Below are positions 29,212 through 38,437 of a DNA stretch of 64,000 bases, one piece after another. The stretch lies in contig OY781964.1 in NCBI GenBank assembly GCA_963677485.1, positions 2,816,001-2,880,000 of the forward strand, given 5' to 3'. Each line of letters starts with the position of its first letter. Positions within the stretch are counted from its first letter, which is position 1. The notes below the pieces were generated by a model. It did not search any database. It saw nothing but the letters and a program-made list of their open reading frames with translations, and was not told the origin of the DNA. The position numbers were made by a program, and so were the translations under genes. Source of the DNA: Armatimonadota bacterium. GTDB taxonomy: Bacteria; Armatimonadota; HRBIN16.

Positions 29212-31407
29212 TCACAATGAGCGCGTGGTGAAGAACACCCGCGTGTCCTTCTTGGCTATATTGACCGTGAAGCGGTCTGTGACCCCGAGATCACGCGCTT
29301 CGTAGGCATCATAAACGCGACGTTTCTCCGGCAGACGGATCTCACGCTCACCAGCCTCGTTCACCGAAATGGTGAACACCTCTTTAGTGGCCCAGAGCGC
29401 ATCGCCAGCCTTCGCGTACAGATGGATGCCCGCCTGTGAAGCGATTGCCCGGATCAGCTCCTCCGGTATCAACGGCGACGAGGAGTATATCGACGTCCAG
29501 TTGCTGTGCCGTTTAACGACCAGCCCTGGCCGACCATCGTCCAGACGGCCCAGCACCGTCGCCGCAGGATCGTCAGCGATAAACACGGGGTCCACTTTCC
29601 GCATGGTTCCGTAGCCGAGGCCGTTCAAGCTGGAATAGGCCGGGTCATCGTTCTTGATCGTGATGTGCAGGTTCGCCGATGGCCCACCCCGCTTGATCTC
29701 GATGCCCGTCATCGCGCGCATGGCGCCCATATCGATCGCGCCGTTCCGATAAACCCCAGGGGCATACAGGAAGATCAGGATGTTGCCGTCGCGCTTGAGC
29801 GCATCGATCTGCCGACGCTCAGCTTCGGTCGGTGCCATCACATTCGCGAAGTGGAACACCTTATGTTTTCGGATTTTATCCAGGTCAGATAGTGAGTAGG
29901 CTCCAGACGCCCCGCCATAACGGACAAGTGCCGGCAACTGCATCATCAGCAGTTCGCGCCCCATCAAGTCGCCGATTCCATGGTAGAACACGCTCTTCGG
30001 ATCGACTACAAAAGCTACTTTGTCGACAGGCGACCGGTCGCAGGTCTGCGCCCGTTGCGCGAGAGATGTCAGCTTGGCGATCTCTTTTTGAAGCAGCGGG
30101 TGCTCATAGTTGATGTTGCCCACGTTGAACCAACCCTGCATGATGCCGTTTGCCATGATCCAGCCCTGCGCGCGGCGCTGCTGCAGGGAGTCCTCATCAA
30201 CGCCTGAAGCCTCGCTGTAGCCCTTCTCTGTGATAGAGGTGACGAAGTCGGTCTCGTTGATCCAGCCCTTCCCATGCAGCGCGACGCTGCCCGGTAATGA
30301 CATCGTGGCGGGGGTGCCCACGCCGAGTGCGCGGAACTCCCAATACAACGCCGGGCTATACAGGAAGTCGATGTTCGGGCTGTGCAGCAGCCGATCGAGG
30401 TCGTGGTGACCGGAGTTTTGCTGCCGAGGTTCACCCGCCAGGCCGACTACATAGCCACATGCCGCACCGACGAGTTTACTGCCGCCGGAGGCTTTCTTGA
30501 CCTCCTTCGCCAGGCACTCGATGGTGTCTGCCGTCATCCACGAGTTGTAGATGAGGTAGTCGATCGTCCACTGCTCCTTCGCGGGGTCGCGCAATTGGCC
30601 GAATTCCGTCTTTTTGCGGACGATCGAGGGCGGAGGGACAGCGGTTTCGAAAGTCACAGAAGGCTGCCGCCAGGCGGTCTGGAGGGCCCTGTCGCTGCGG
30701 TATTTCGTGCTTAACCACTTCCGAAAGAGCAGGGTGTTGGCCTTGCAGAAGTCCGTAGTGATGTCAGCGGCATCACTCTGCCACATGAACCATTCCTGGC
30801 TGGACCCGCTAGCTAGGTGGAAGCCGATCACACGGTCGGCATAGGGTGACTGTTCGATGTGCTTCACCAGCTCGCGGAGTGCCTTGCAGGTGTCGGTCCG
30901 CCACGCCTCAGATGCCCAACTGGGCATCGGCTTCGTCATGGACGAGTTCAACGCGAAGCCGGCATTCACCAGCCCATCGACATAGCTTTGCGATGGCATC
31001 AGCTTGCGGCTGCCGTCGTCCGCCTCGTAGATCGAGAGATCGTCAGGGTGCGAGTCCAGCCACCAGTCGGGTGCCCGGATATCCAGCCGCGGCAGGATGT
31101 AGGCCTCGGGGTCAGCTTTCAGCACCCCCGCCACCATATCGTCAAAACTCGTGTAGTCGAACTTGTCCGGTGCCGACCAAAGCTGCCCGCCAAACCCCTC
31201 CCAGAACGGCGCCGAGGCTGTGTTCGTGAAGTCAAACAGCTTCACCCCCGCCTTGGAGAAGTAGCGGATGTATTCCGGCGAGTTGCCGTAGTAGATGCAC
31301 ATCGTGCCCGGGTGCGGCTTGCCGTTGATGGTGAGCGTCGGCACGCCGTGGTATTTCACGAACTTCACAGCGGCGGGTTTCTTGCTGGTAGGTCTGGCAT
31401 TGCTCAT
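29212..31407 (-). CDS. Beta-galactosidase-like (GH42/GH35-related) glycoside hydrolase
   Basis: GVPTLTING, PSWASEAWR, IGFHLASGSSQEWF, FRKWLSTKY, WINETD. Start taken at MSNARP (ORF extends to 31473). Confidence 0.75.
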   Translation of the reverse strand: MSNARPTSKKPAAVKFVKYHGVPTLTINGKPHPGTMCIYYGNSPEYIRYFSKAGVKLFDFTNTASAPFWEGFGGQLWSAPDKFDYTSFDDMVAGVLKADPEAYILPRLDIRAPDWWLDSHPDDLSIYEADDGSRKLMPSQSYVDGLVNAGFALNSSMTKPMPSWASEAWRTDTCKALRELVKHIEQSPYADRVIGFHLASGSSQEWFMWQSDAADITTDFCKANTLLFRKWLSTKYRSDRALQTAWRQPSVTFETAVPPPSIVRKKTEFGQLRDPAKEQWTIDYLIYNSWMTADTIECLAKEVKKASGGSKLVGAACGYVVGLAGEPRQQNSGHHDLDRLLHSPNIDFLYSPALYWEFRALGVGTPATMSLPGSVALHGKGWINETDFVTSITEKGYSEASGVDEDSLQQRRAQGWIMANGIMQGWFNVGNINYEHPLLQKEIAKLTSLAQRAQTCDRSPVDKVAFVVDPKSVFYHGIGDLMGRELLMMQLPALVRYGGASGAYSLSDLDKIRKHKVFHFANVMAPTEAERRQIDALKRDGNILIFLYAPGVYRNGAIDMGAMRAMTGIEIKRGGPSANLHITIKNDDPAYSSLNGLGYGTMRKVDPVFIADDPAATVLGRLDDGRPGLVVKRHSNWTSIYSSSPLIPEELIRAIASQAGIHLYAKAGDALWATKEVFTISVNEAGEREIRLPEKRRVYDAYEARDLGVTDRFTVNIAKKDTRVFFTTRSL

Positions 31408-31693
31408 CGGAGTGGGCTTCCTTTCGGATGGTGGTCTTATGTGTATTATGGTGCATCTCTCGTGCTGGCGCAAAGGGGGGAGGGAATGGCCTCACGCGGA
31501 GACGCGGAGGGCGCGGAGGGGGAGAGGGGAGCACGAGGGGAACGAAATTAACTCACGCGAAGACGCGAAGGCGCGAAGGCGCGAAGGGGAAGCCGTTGCA
31601 GACTGAACAGCCCTGACCGGGGCTGTCGTACATAAGGATTGCGGTTGCAGATGGCGATCACTCTTGCCGGTCTGGCAGGCGCGGGGCCTTCCC

Positions 31694-32012
31694 ACGCCCG
31701 CCGGAACGCGGGCCGGTAATGATCAGCGATGGGTGACAGTGCCCGTACCGGGACGAAGTCACGGACGGGCCACGGAACCCGTCGCCAAGTGCCGGTAGTG
31801 TGCATCGCAGGTGATCAGCCACGCTGCCGTGGGTTTAGTCACCCACACGACTACGTTCCGGGAGCTGGCACCCCGGAACTGCGTCCTGTGCGGGTTCCTG
31901 CACCGCACGGCTGATCAGTATCGGCCGGCGTCGCTTCGCTCCTCCCGGCGCAGGGATGCCCATGTCACCCATTGGTCACTACGAATGACCATCGCCAGTG
32001 CTGAGTAGTTAC
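31694..32012 (+). ncRNA. Candidate structured ncRNA or folded ssDNA element, copy 1
   Basis: Near-duplicate at 37928-38245; multiple helices with compensatory changes between the copies; no credible ORF. Confidence 0.55.
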
Positions 32013-32065
32013 GGATGTTTATCATCCAACATATTCAGATTATGGTGACATTAAGATGCAAATGG

Positions 32066-32124
32066 CCCTCTATCCGAAAAGCGTCTACGACGTCAACCTC
32101 CGCCTACGGCGGATAGGATAGAGG
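32066..32124. repeat. Hairpin with nested CCGCC-TAC-GGCGG palindrome
   Basis: CCCTCTATCC...GGATAGAGGG arms enclosing TCCGCCTACGGCGGA. Confidence 0.5.
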
Positions 32125-32253
32125 GTCGCACTACATTTTAGTGAAACCACCACTCATCATCTATTAATCCGGCATGTATTAGCTGATTCCAGTGTCGAAG
32201 CCACCTGGGGTTCTGGTGTATGCGGCCTAACTGATCGTCGGCCAATCATTGCC

Positions 32254-32676
32254 CTAGAATGGTCCGTACGACTTCCCATGACGTGCGTCTTTTAGCGAAA
32301 CCAAGGGGAAGTTATTCTCAACAGTGATCGCGATCAGATCATTCCCTTTGGCATTCGACAGCCATATGCCCGCTCCGTCGTGTCCAGTCGCTGCCCCTTT
32401 TCTCGGACTCCCGTTGGAGTCCATCAGTGACAGTCCTGGCTGTTTATTTGCTACTCCCAGAACGACCGCCGGTCGACCATTATCGTATTTTAGCATTAGG
32501 CTACCCGATCCATTGGTAGTACCCAGGGTTGCGACTACCTTGTTTTGGCTTACTATATCAATCTGTTGAACCTTAAGCTGCCGTACAGGACGTTCCATGG
32601 CTATCATGGCACCGACGTATCCGGCCAAGGCACCACAGATTAAAACTGCGGTATACATTTTTACTCGTTCATTCAT
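32254..32676 (-). CDS. Hypothetical membrane-anchored beta-rich protein
   Basis: ATG 32676 with GGAG RBS, N-terminal TM helix, repeated L-x-L-x-D-x-x-G units. Confidence 0.65.
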   Translation of the reverse strand: MNERVKMYTAVLICGALAGYVGAMIAMERPVRQLKVQQIDIVSQNKVVATLGTTNGSGSLMLKYDNGRPAVVLGVANKQPGLSLMDSNGSPRKGAATGHDGAGIWLSNAKGNDLIAITVENNFPLVSLKDARHGKSYGPF

Positions 32677-33099
32677 CCGACTATCTCCTTGCATCACAGT
32701 GACGATGGTGAAGATCAGACTGTGTATCAACCATGCGATTTGTGCTCATAACATGGTATTCAACGCATGGTTTACAGAATCCTTCTTTCAAATACGCGAA
32801 TTTGAATATGACGCATCACTCACGGATAATGAGTCCGCTGTTAGCTCTAGATGAATGGCCAAAAATCATCAGTGGGAAACCACCGGAGATTGCTCCACAG
32901 CTGGTGTGATATGGCGCGGTTGGTAGAAGTCGCGTCTTACCTTGCATTTACTCCGTGGGGAGGATGGAACGGACGTCATATCACAACCGCCAGCCCACCA
33001 TGCGCCAGCTCCCCTCCTGACTCCTCTTCTCCTCTCCTCCTATCTCCCGGTATACTATCCTTAAGCGTTCGCCATTCCACCCAATAAGGAGCTCACACT

Positions 33100-34122
33100 A
33101 TGCGGCAAGCGATCATGACTTCACCGGGAATCATCGAGTTTCGCGACGTCCCTACGCCTACACCTGGACCAGGGCAGGTGGCGATGCGCATCCAGCGGAT
33201 CGGCATCTGCGGCAGCGACATGCACGTCTACCACGGCACGCACCCCTTCACCAGCTACCCCATCGTGCAGGGCCATGAGTATAGCGCGGTGATTGAGGCC
33301 ATCGGCCCCGGCGTGACCGGCATCCACATCGGCCAGAAGGTCACCGCAACCCCGCAAGAGGTCTGCGGCCAATGCCGACCTTGCCTGCGCGGGCAGTATA
33401 ACGTCTGCGAAAAGCTGAAGGTTCGCGGTTTTCAGGCCCCCGGAGTGGCGCAGGATGTGTATGTGACCGATGCGGACAAGATCGTGCCGCTGCCGGGCAA
33501 CTTCACACTGGAGCAGGGCGCCTTCGTGGAGCCCGTAGCCGTAGCGGTTCACAGCACCGGCCGGGCAGGAAAAATCAAAGGTGAGAATGTGGTGGTGCTG
33601 GGCGCAGGGCCCATCGGCATCTTTGCGGCCCAGGCGTGCCGAGTCCGCGGTGCCAAGAAGGTGCTGATCGTCGACCTCAGCGACTACCGCCTCGACATCG
33701 CCAAGCAGGTGGGCATCGATGAGGTCAGCAACGCCTCGCGTGAGACGCTGCCCGAGGCCAGCCGCCGCGTGTTCGGTGACGAGGGCTTCGACCTGGCGAT
33801 GGAGGCCGCGGCTTCCGAGCAGAGCATGAACGCTGCGATTACCACCATCGGCAAAGGCGGCACGATCGTGGTTCTGGGCGTGTTCGGCAAGAAGCCAAGC
33901 ATCGATATGGCCAACATGGGTGAGCATGAGATCAGCCTGGTCGGCACGCTGATGTATCGCCATGAGGACTACGCAGAGGCGGTGCAGTGGATCGCGGACG
34001 GACGTATCAAAACCGCTCCGCTGGAGACCAAGCACTTCCCATTTGAGCAGTTCCTGGAGGCCTATCACTTCATCGAGCAATCCGCCGATAAGTCGATGAA
34101 GGTGTTCGTGGACCTCGTATGA
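33100..34122 (+). CDS. Zinc-dependent (sorbitol/threonine-type) dehydrogenase
   Basis: GICGSD, GHE, CGQCRPC...C, GAGPIG; AAGGAG RBS. Confidence 0.93.
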   Translation: MRQAIMTSPGIIEFRDVPTPTPGPGQVAMRIQRIGICGSDMHVYHGTHPFTSYPIVQGHEYSAVIEAIGPGVTGIHIGQKVTATPQEVCGQCRPCLRGQYNVCEKLKVRGFQAPGVAQDVYVTDADKIVPLPGNFTLEQGAFVEPVAVAVHSTGRAGKIKGENVVVLGAGPIGIFAAQACRVRGAKKVLIVDLSDYRLDIAKQVGIDEVSNASRETLPEASRRVFGDEGFDLAMEAAASEQSMNAAITTIGKGGTIVVLGVFGKKPSIDMANMGEHEISLVGTLMYRHEDYAEAVQWIADGRIKTAPLETKHFPFEQFLEAYHFIEQSADKSMKVFVDLV

Positions 34123-34985
34123 CAGAAGCCAAACCCATCGTGTGCGGCATCGGGGAGCTGCTCTGGGATGTGCTCCCCCAGGGGAAGGCTCTGGGCGGAG
34201 CCCCGGCCAACTTCGCATTCCACGCCTCCTGCCTAGGCGGCCAGAGCACCGTCATTAGCCGCGTCGGCTGTGATGAACTGGGCGACGCGGCCATACAGAT
34301 ACTGGCGGAAAACGGGCTCTCATCGGACTATGTGCAGCGTGACTCGGAGCACCCCACCGGCATCGCCGAAGCGCAGTTGGATGATGAGGGTGTGGCGCAA
34401 TTCGTCATCCATGAGGGGGTAGCGTGGGATTACATCTCATGCAGTCCGGAGGCTCTGAAGCTCGCAGAAAACTGCCAGATCGCCTGTTTCGGCAGCCTGG
34501 CACAGCGCAGTCCTGTCAGCCAAGCCAGTATCATGGCTTTCGTGGGGGCGATGCCGAAGGAGAGTATCCGCGTGTTCGATGTGAACCTCAGGCAGCACTA
34601 CTACAGTCGGGAGCTGATCGAGCAGTCGCTGAAGGTGGCCACGGTCTTCAAAATCAGCGATGCGGAGTTACTCACCGTCACCAGGCTACTGGGCTGGCCG
34701 GATGCCGAACCCGAGCCGCTGCTGAGGCGGTTCTGCGGTGAGTATGATCTGCAAATGTGCGCCTACACCCGAGGAGCGCACGGCAGCCTGCTGGTCACCG
34801 GTGATCAGACCGCGGAGCACCCGGGCTTGAAGGTCAAAGTGGTCGATACCGTCGGAGCCGGCGACGCCTTCACCGCGGCGATGAGCATGGCGTTGTGGCG
34901 GGGGGAATCCCTGGAGGCGATCAATGAAGCCGCGAACCAGCGCGGTGCGCTTGTTTGCGGGCAAAAAGGCGCGATGGGCGGGTGA
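34119..34985 (+). CDS. PfkB family carbohydrate kinase (fructokinase-like)
   Basis: GELLWD, GGAPANFA, FDVNLR, DTVGAGDAF; ATGA overlap with the dehydrogenase gene. Confidence 0.93.
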   Translation: MTEAKPIVCGIGELLWDVLPQGKALGGAPANFAFHASCLGGQSTVISRVGCDELGDAAIQILAENGLSSDYVQRDSEHPTGIAEAQLDDEGVAQFVIHEGVAWDYISCSPEALKLAENCQIACFGSLAQRSPVSQASIMAFVGAMPKESIRVFDVNLRQHYYSRELIEQSLKVATVFKISDAELLTVTRLLGWPDAEPEPLLRRFCGEYDLQMCAYTRGAHGSLLVTGDQTAEHPGLKVKVVDTVGAGDAFTAAMSMALWRGESLEAINEAANQRGALVCGQKGAMGG

Positions 34986-34991
34986 TTGTGG

Positions 34992-35216
34992 GGGTGGGAT
35001 ATGGCGTGCCGTGCCCACCATGATCATCGGACGGATCTGACGGATCGGTCCGATTAAACGTACTAGGGGCGGTTCGCGAACCGCCCTTGGGCGTGGGGAC
35101 CACGCCCCTATGATCGAATAAACGGTTGTGGGGCGGTAGGGGCGGGGTCACCTCGCCCAAAAAACATCGTTCGGCTGGGTTACCCCGCCCCAGGGCATGG
35201 CACGCCATGCCCCTAC
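34992..35216. repeat. REP cluster between convergent genes
   Basis: ATCGGACGGATCTGACGGATCGGTCCGAT; AGGGGCGGTTCGCGAACCGCCC (35065-35086); GTAGGGGCGGGGTCACCTCGCCC (35136-35158); GGGCATGGCACGCCATGCCCCTAC (35193-35216). Confidence 0.85.
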
Positions 35217-35234
35217 GTGCGTCCTATACCGTGC

Positions 35235-37439
35235 CTACACCACCTGCTGGGTGCGGTTGATGATCATATCCTGCCACTGCTTGTTCAACGTGGCGAAGCG
35301 GGCGCTCCATCCAGCCACACGAACCGCGAGGTTAGGGTACTTCTCCGGGTGTTTCTGAGCATCAAGCAGCACGGCGGAATCCACGACATCGATGTGCAGG
35401 AAGCAGCCACCCATCTTCTGGAAGCCCTTGAGCAAGCTGACCATGGTCTGAATGCCCTTCTCTCCCTTGACGCTGCTGGGCATGATCTTCAACTCAAATG
35501 CGCCGATGCCGGGCATGTTGGTGAAGTCCATCTTACAGTAGCTGCACAGAGCCGCGGTCGGCCCGTATTTGTCGGTGCCGGGCGATGGCGAGAAGTTGGT
35601 GGCCAGGATGTCGCCAGCATGATGCCCATCGGCTGTAGCTTTGCGGAGCGGGCTCCACTCGATCTCGCGACCAAAGGTGCTGATACCCGCCGGGCGGAAC
35701 ACGCCTTTACGGAACTTGGTCTCGGCGACCAAACCGGTGAAGCTGTTGTATACCCGCTGCGCCATGGCATCCGCCTCATCGTTGTCGTTGCCGTATGCGG
35801 GCACTCGGCTGGCGATCAGCCGTCGCAGGCTTTCGTTGTCGCGCCAGTCGTTGCGCATGGCGGTCACAATGTCATTCCAACTAATCAGCTTGGCATCATA
35901 AACGGCATGTTTGATGGCCATCAGGCTGTTGGCGGTGTCGGCCATCCCGCCGGCATGGCAGGCCAGTTGGCAATATTTCGATCCGCGGTCATTGTAATCG
36001 GCGGCTTTTTCGATACAGCCTTCGACGAACAGCGAGGGAACCGTGGCCGGTAAGCCGCCTATTTGCCAGGCATCCGCGATGTCGTGATGCCACTTCACGT
36101 GGGTAGCCAGACGCTGCTCGAATGCCGCATACAGGTTCTCGAAACTGGCATACTGCGGAATCAACGCGTTGGCGTTTGTGACGCCCATGGCGTCCTGAAG
36201 CAGTTGCAGGGTATCAAAAGGCACGTAGGTGAAGGCGGTCTTGCCCGGCACCAGCACCTCCCAGCAGCCATCATTGGTGAAGTTGCGCGCCTCTTCCAGC
36301 GGATATCCCAGCTTCGTCATCGCCTCAATCACCACCGGCTCGTTGTAGGTGGCGATGATCCCGCCGCCCAGTCGCTGCACCTGTGCGATGCGTTTCAAAA
36401 GCAACTCTGGCGATTTGGGGTTCAGACGCACCGCGATCGGGAAGTCGCTCATGCGAAGCTCTTCGACCACATCCAGCACGAGGTAGGTGACCGGGTTGGT
36501 GACCTCTACGCCTTTTTCGTCGATCCCACCCAATACGATGTTCTGGTAGAACTGCGCGTCACCGGAGCCGGGGCCGACAGGGCGCGTCCACTCCGCACCC
36601 ATTAGCCAGAAGTGCGCCACCAGCTCGCGGGCTTCAGCGATGGTGATCTTACCCGCATCGAGGTCTTTGGCAAGCAGGGGGCCCAGCATCTTATCGAACC
36701 GGCCGATACCGCTCCAGTTGCCGCACAAACGGGTCCATGCCCAGGTGAGATGCAGTGAGAGCACCGCCTCAAAGAAGTTACTGGGGGGCAGCTCGGGAAC
36801 GCGTTTCATCGCGGCCACGATCTGTGTTTCGCCGTTTTTGGCTGCCAACTCCATATTGCGTTTGTGCCAAGAACCGTAGGCGTCCAGGCAGATCCGCATC
36901 GACTCCAGGTAGTCGCGCTGTCTCTTGCTGAGGTCTGTGTCTTTCAGACGGGCTTCCAGCTTCGCGCGGATGGCGCTGTGACCGGATTTTAGGGCCTGTT
37001 CGTAGCCGAAAGTGGTGTGGCTGACGCTACTCTGGTTGTATAGAGGTACCGAATGCCCGGCGGCCTCCAGCACGGTGGCACTGCCAATCAGGCGCATACC
37101 GGGTTCATACCGGAGGGGGGCATTTTCGGAAATCAGCCGGATGCTGTGCGCATACTTCATGTATTCGCTCATACCGGTGACATCGACTTTATCTTCCAGC
37201 TTGAAGGGCAGAGGCTTCATCTCGCGGCCCCATTCGCCCATCACCGCCTTGGTGGCGAGACGGATGGTGTCATCGCAGAGGTGCATTTGGTGCGGCAGGG
37301 TGACCACAGGCGTGTTTGCCGACCCAGGAGCGAGTGTCTGTGCGGCACCCTTCTCCTTGACGTCAGCCACCGCAGCTGCGCCTAATATGCCTGTACCGAT
37401 AGCCGTCGCCCCAGAAAGTAGGAACTTGCGTCGATCCAT
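35235..37439 (-). CDS. Glycyl radical enzyme (PFL family) with N-terminal Tat signal peptide
   Basis: Gly loop VRVAGWS, Cys loop NDGCWE, GRFDK, ATADG, LLDAQKHPEKYPNL; N-terminus MDRRKFLLSGATAIGTGILGAAAVA with GGGAGG RBS. Confidence 0.9.
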   Translation of the reverse strand: MDRRKFLLSGATAIGTGILGAAAVADVKEKGAAQTLAPGSANTPVVTLPHQMHLCDDTIRLATKAVMGEWGREMKPLPFKLEDKVDVTGMSEYMKYAHSIRLISENAPLRYEPGMRLIGSATVLEAAGHSVPLYNQSSVSHTTFGYEQALKSGHSAIRAKLEARLKDTDLSKRQRDYLESMRICLDAYGSWHKRNMELAAKNGETQIVAAMKRVPELPPSNFFEAVLSLHLTWAWTRLCGNWSGIGRFDKMLGPLLAKDLDAGKITIAEARELVAHFWLMGAEWTRPVGPGSGDAQFYQNIVLGGIDEKGVEVTNPVTYLVLDVVEELRMSDFPIAVRLNPKSPELLLKRIAQVQRLGGGIIATYNEPVVIEAMTKLGYPLEEARNFTNDGCWEVLVPGKTAFTYVPFDTLQLLQDAMGVTNANALIPQYASFENLYAAFEQRLATHVKWHHDIADAWQIGGLPATVPSLFVEGCIEKAADYNDRGSKYCQLACHAGGMADTANSLMAIKHAVYDAKLISWNDIVTAMRNDWRDNESLRRLIASRVPAYGNDNDEADAMAQRVYNSFTGLVAETKFRKGVFRPAGISTFGREIEWSPLRKATADGHHAGDILATNFSPSPGTDKYGPTAALCSYCKMDFTNMPGIGAFELKIMPSSVKGEKGIQTMVSLLKGFQKMGGCFLHIDVVDSAVLLDAQKHPEKYPNLAVRVAGWSARFATLNKQWQDMIINRTQQVV

Positions 37440-37618
37440 CGTAGCCTCCCGTGTTTGTGTGCAAACAGGTGATTGATTACCTTGATTATACCCCATATTC
37501 GTAACTACTAAGCCCTAAATAGCAATGTCCGGGGCGGTCTGCCGGATAGCCGTACTGTCACACCTGGGCTGGCAGCTTATGAAAGGCCATCAGCCCACGC
37601 TGCCGCGGGTTTTACCAC

Positions 37619-37846
37619 CAGTCTATTACCCACAAGTCCAGATTGGGATCGTATCGACCATGTACCGCGACATAAATGTCTCGGCTATTGATCATCAAGC
37701 CCGCTAAACCGGGCTGCGGAGCTCCTTGCCGACAAAGATAACGTTAATTTAGACTGCTTCAGCAGTCTTGGTGTTCAATAGCCGAGACATTTATGTCGCG
37801 GAATCGGTGACCTACTGGCCATGCAATATTTGTGGGTAATAGACTG
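37619..37846. mobile_element. Intact MITE with 17-bp TIRs and 11-bp target-site duplication
   Basis: CAGTCTATTACCCACAA...TTGTGGGTAATAGACTG flanked by GGTTTTACCAC (37608-18, 37847-57); internal perfect 27-bp inverted repeat. Confidence 0.9.
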
Positions 37847-37927
37847 GGTTTTACCACCCCGGAAACGTGCTTCCTTCACCGCGCGTCTGATGGGTGACAG
37901 CCAGCAGACGGGGGCCGGGCCTACCAA

Positions 37928-38245
37928 CGCCCGCCGGAACGCGGGCCGGTATTGATAAGCGATGGGTGACAGTGCCCGTACCGGGACGCAGTCACGGACG
38001 GGCCACGGAACCCGTCGCCAAAGGTCAGTGGTGCTGATTGTAGGCGACTAGCCACCGTGCCACGGGTTTAGTCACCCACACGACTACGTTCCGGGAGCTG
38101 GCGCTCCGGGAACTGCGTCAAGTGTGGGTTCCTGCACCGCGTGGCTGATCATTAGCGGCCGGCGTCGCTTCGCTCCGGCCGGCGCAGGAGAACGTCGCGA
38201 CGCATGCGGAATAATGAATGACTATCTCCAGAGCTGAGTAGTCAC
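37928..38245 (+). ncRNA. Candidate structured ncRNA or folded ssDNA element, copy 2
   Basis: Homologue of 31694-32012. Confidence 0.55.
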
Positions 38246-38353
38246 CCAAATACTATTAGTATAGTGGGTAAATGAACACAGGGTTTATGTGGCAGTTTGA
38301 CAGGGAATAGGACCGCTCTTGAGTTCAATGCAGCCCGTACTACTGATACGACC

Positions 38354-38437
38354 GTAGGGGCGTCCCTTGTGGGCGCCCAAAACGTTACTTTGTTGATAGT
38401 TAGTGTTCTTTAGGGCGCCCACAAGGGACGCCCCTAC
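38354..38437. repeat. Inverted REP doublet (REPIN-like); intron insertion target
   Basis: GTAGGGGCGTCCCTTGTGGGCGCCC (38354-78) and its exact reverse complement (38413-37). Confidence 0.9.

Noticed and set aside
31849-31857. IscB omegaRNA/HEARO, group I intron or HDV-like ribozyme identity for the structured element (GACTACGTT motif)
   Set aside because: The surrounding conserved elements and helix order do not fit by eye, and no IscB/TnpB gene is adjacent. An Rfam scan is needed to exclude these formally.
32225-32850. attC-flanked cassette for the small hypothetical gene
   Set aside because: GCCTAAC is only ~22 bp from the stop, too short for an attC site.
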